A stretch of DNA of 63,465 bases, the filler included, from Basidioascus undulatus (Eukaryota), in NCBI GenBank assembly GCA_000826855.1. It is 9 parts of 9 records of this genome, joined end to end, with 100 filler letters (N's around TTAATTAATTAA, not from the genome) between each part and the next. Parts side by side here need not be neighbours in the genome. Positions count along the whole stretch, not along the records: positions 56,539 to 63,465 come from JTLS01001649.1; 8 more parts are not named here. One strand, 5' to 3'. A model generated the notes under the pieces. The model searched no databases. It was given only the letters and a program-made list of their open reading frames with translations, and was not told where the DNA came from. Positions 62,818-63,465 of this stretch are shown here, in pieces (position 1 is the first letter of the stretch; each line of letters opens with the position of its first letter). The position numbers and the translations under genes are program-made.

Positions 62818-63465
62818 GGGGCGCGGGGTCTGAAGATCGTTGCGAGAAGCGAGGTGCAAGGAGAATGCACTGGGGCGAGTCGCCGATGCGCAATCTTTTT
62901 TGAGTCGCCAGGATTCCAGACTGGCAGCTGAGTGAAGAAGGTAGGCAGCCTGCTCGTCGTGTATGCATGGAAGCGGGGCGAGCAGTTGGGACGCGCTGGT
63001 GCCTCCTCAACGTCCGAGCCCAGTTCAAAGGAACCTGAGCCGGCACGCAAACGCTGCTGAGCCGTGGAGAGGTCACTAAATAACCTCTTCAAAGGAGAGG
63101 ACGAGCGAGCGACACAAGATGTGTTTTACAGAACAGAATAGACCCTGTACAGAAATCAACAAGCGCACTACCCTCTCCCCCTTCCTTCCTCACCGTCCTT
63201 CCCACGTCCTTTCCCAGTCCTCTACCCTCGCTTCACCAGTTGATTTGACCCATCTCGGCCTCCGCCACCTTCCACGCACCACCCGCAACCCATCAAGCCA
63301 AGCCCACCACCCGCCCTCGACCAAAGTCTCAGCCATGGAACCCCCTCCCCGTGCCCGCCGGCGGCGGCAAGCCCGGCAGCGCTCCGCCGGTAGGCGGGGG
63401 GAGGGGCGGGCGTCCCGGGAACGCCTGTCCAGCGGGGGGTGGGAGGCCCGCACCCGGCGGGGGTG

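Overview
Intron-rich, GC-rich fungal (basidiomycete-type) genomic DNA. The window is not one locus: it is nine unrelated ~7 kb contigs (6983, 6982, 6972, 6965, 6965, 6962, 6956, 6953 and at least 6927 bp, i.e. sorted by size) joined by artificial 100-nt linkers (N44-TTAATTAATTAA-N44). Most ORFs in the supplied track are exon pieces or shadow ORFs, so gene models were rebuilt by hand from GT-AG introns; identities rest on motif recognition, not database searches. Apparently intact genes: alpha-1,3-glucan synthase (3' half), an Mtr-like amino-acid permease, an SSADH-like aldehyde dehydrogenase, GID4/VID24 (partial), a VIP36-like L-type lectin, an Mch-type MFS transporter, cyclin C (SSN8), a hydrophobin 3' end and five tRNA genes (Leu, Gly partial, Lys, Tyr, His). 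The most striking feature is a high density of broken genes, most of which keep their introns: an SDR fragment fused to an internally deleted RPS5, a secreted-protein pseudogene spliceable in phase onto GH51 exons, a PL3 pectate lyase remnant, an internally deleted Hsp20, a membrane-protein gene whose halves point in opposite directions, and several frameshifted F-box, PD-(D/E)xK-like and nucleotidyltransferase-like relics. No CRISPR array, rRNA or recognisable transposase was found, and I cannot claim a confirmed new system. The best candidate phenomenon is widespread DNA-level gene decay/shuffling (duplicate fractionation or element-mediated capture).
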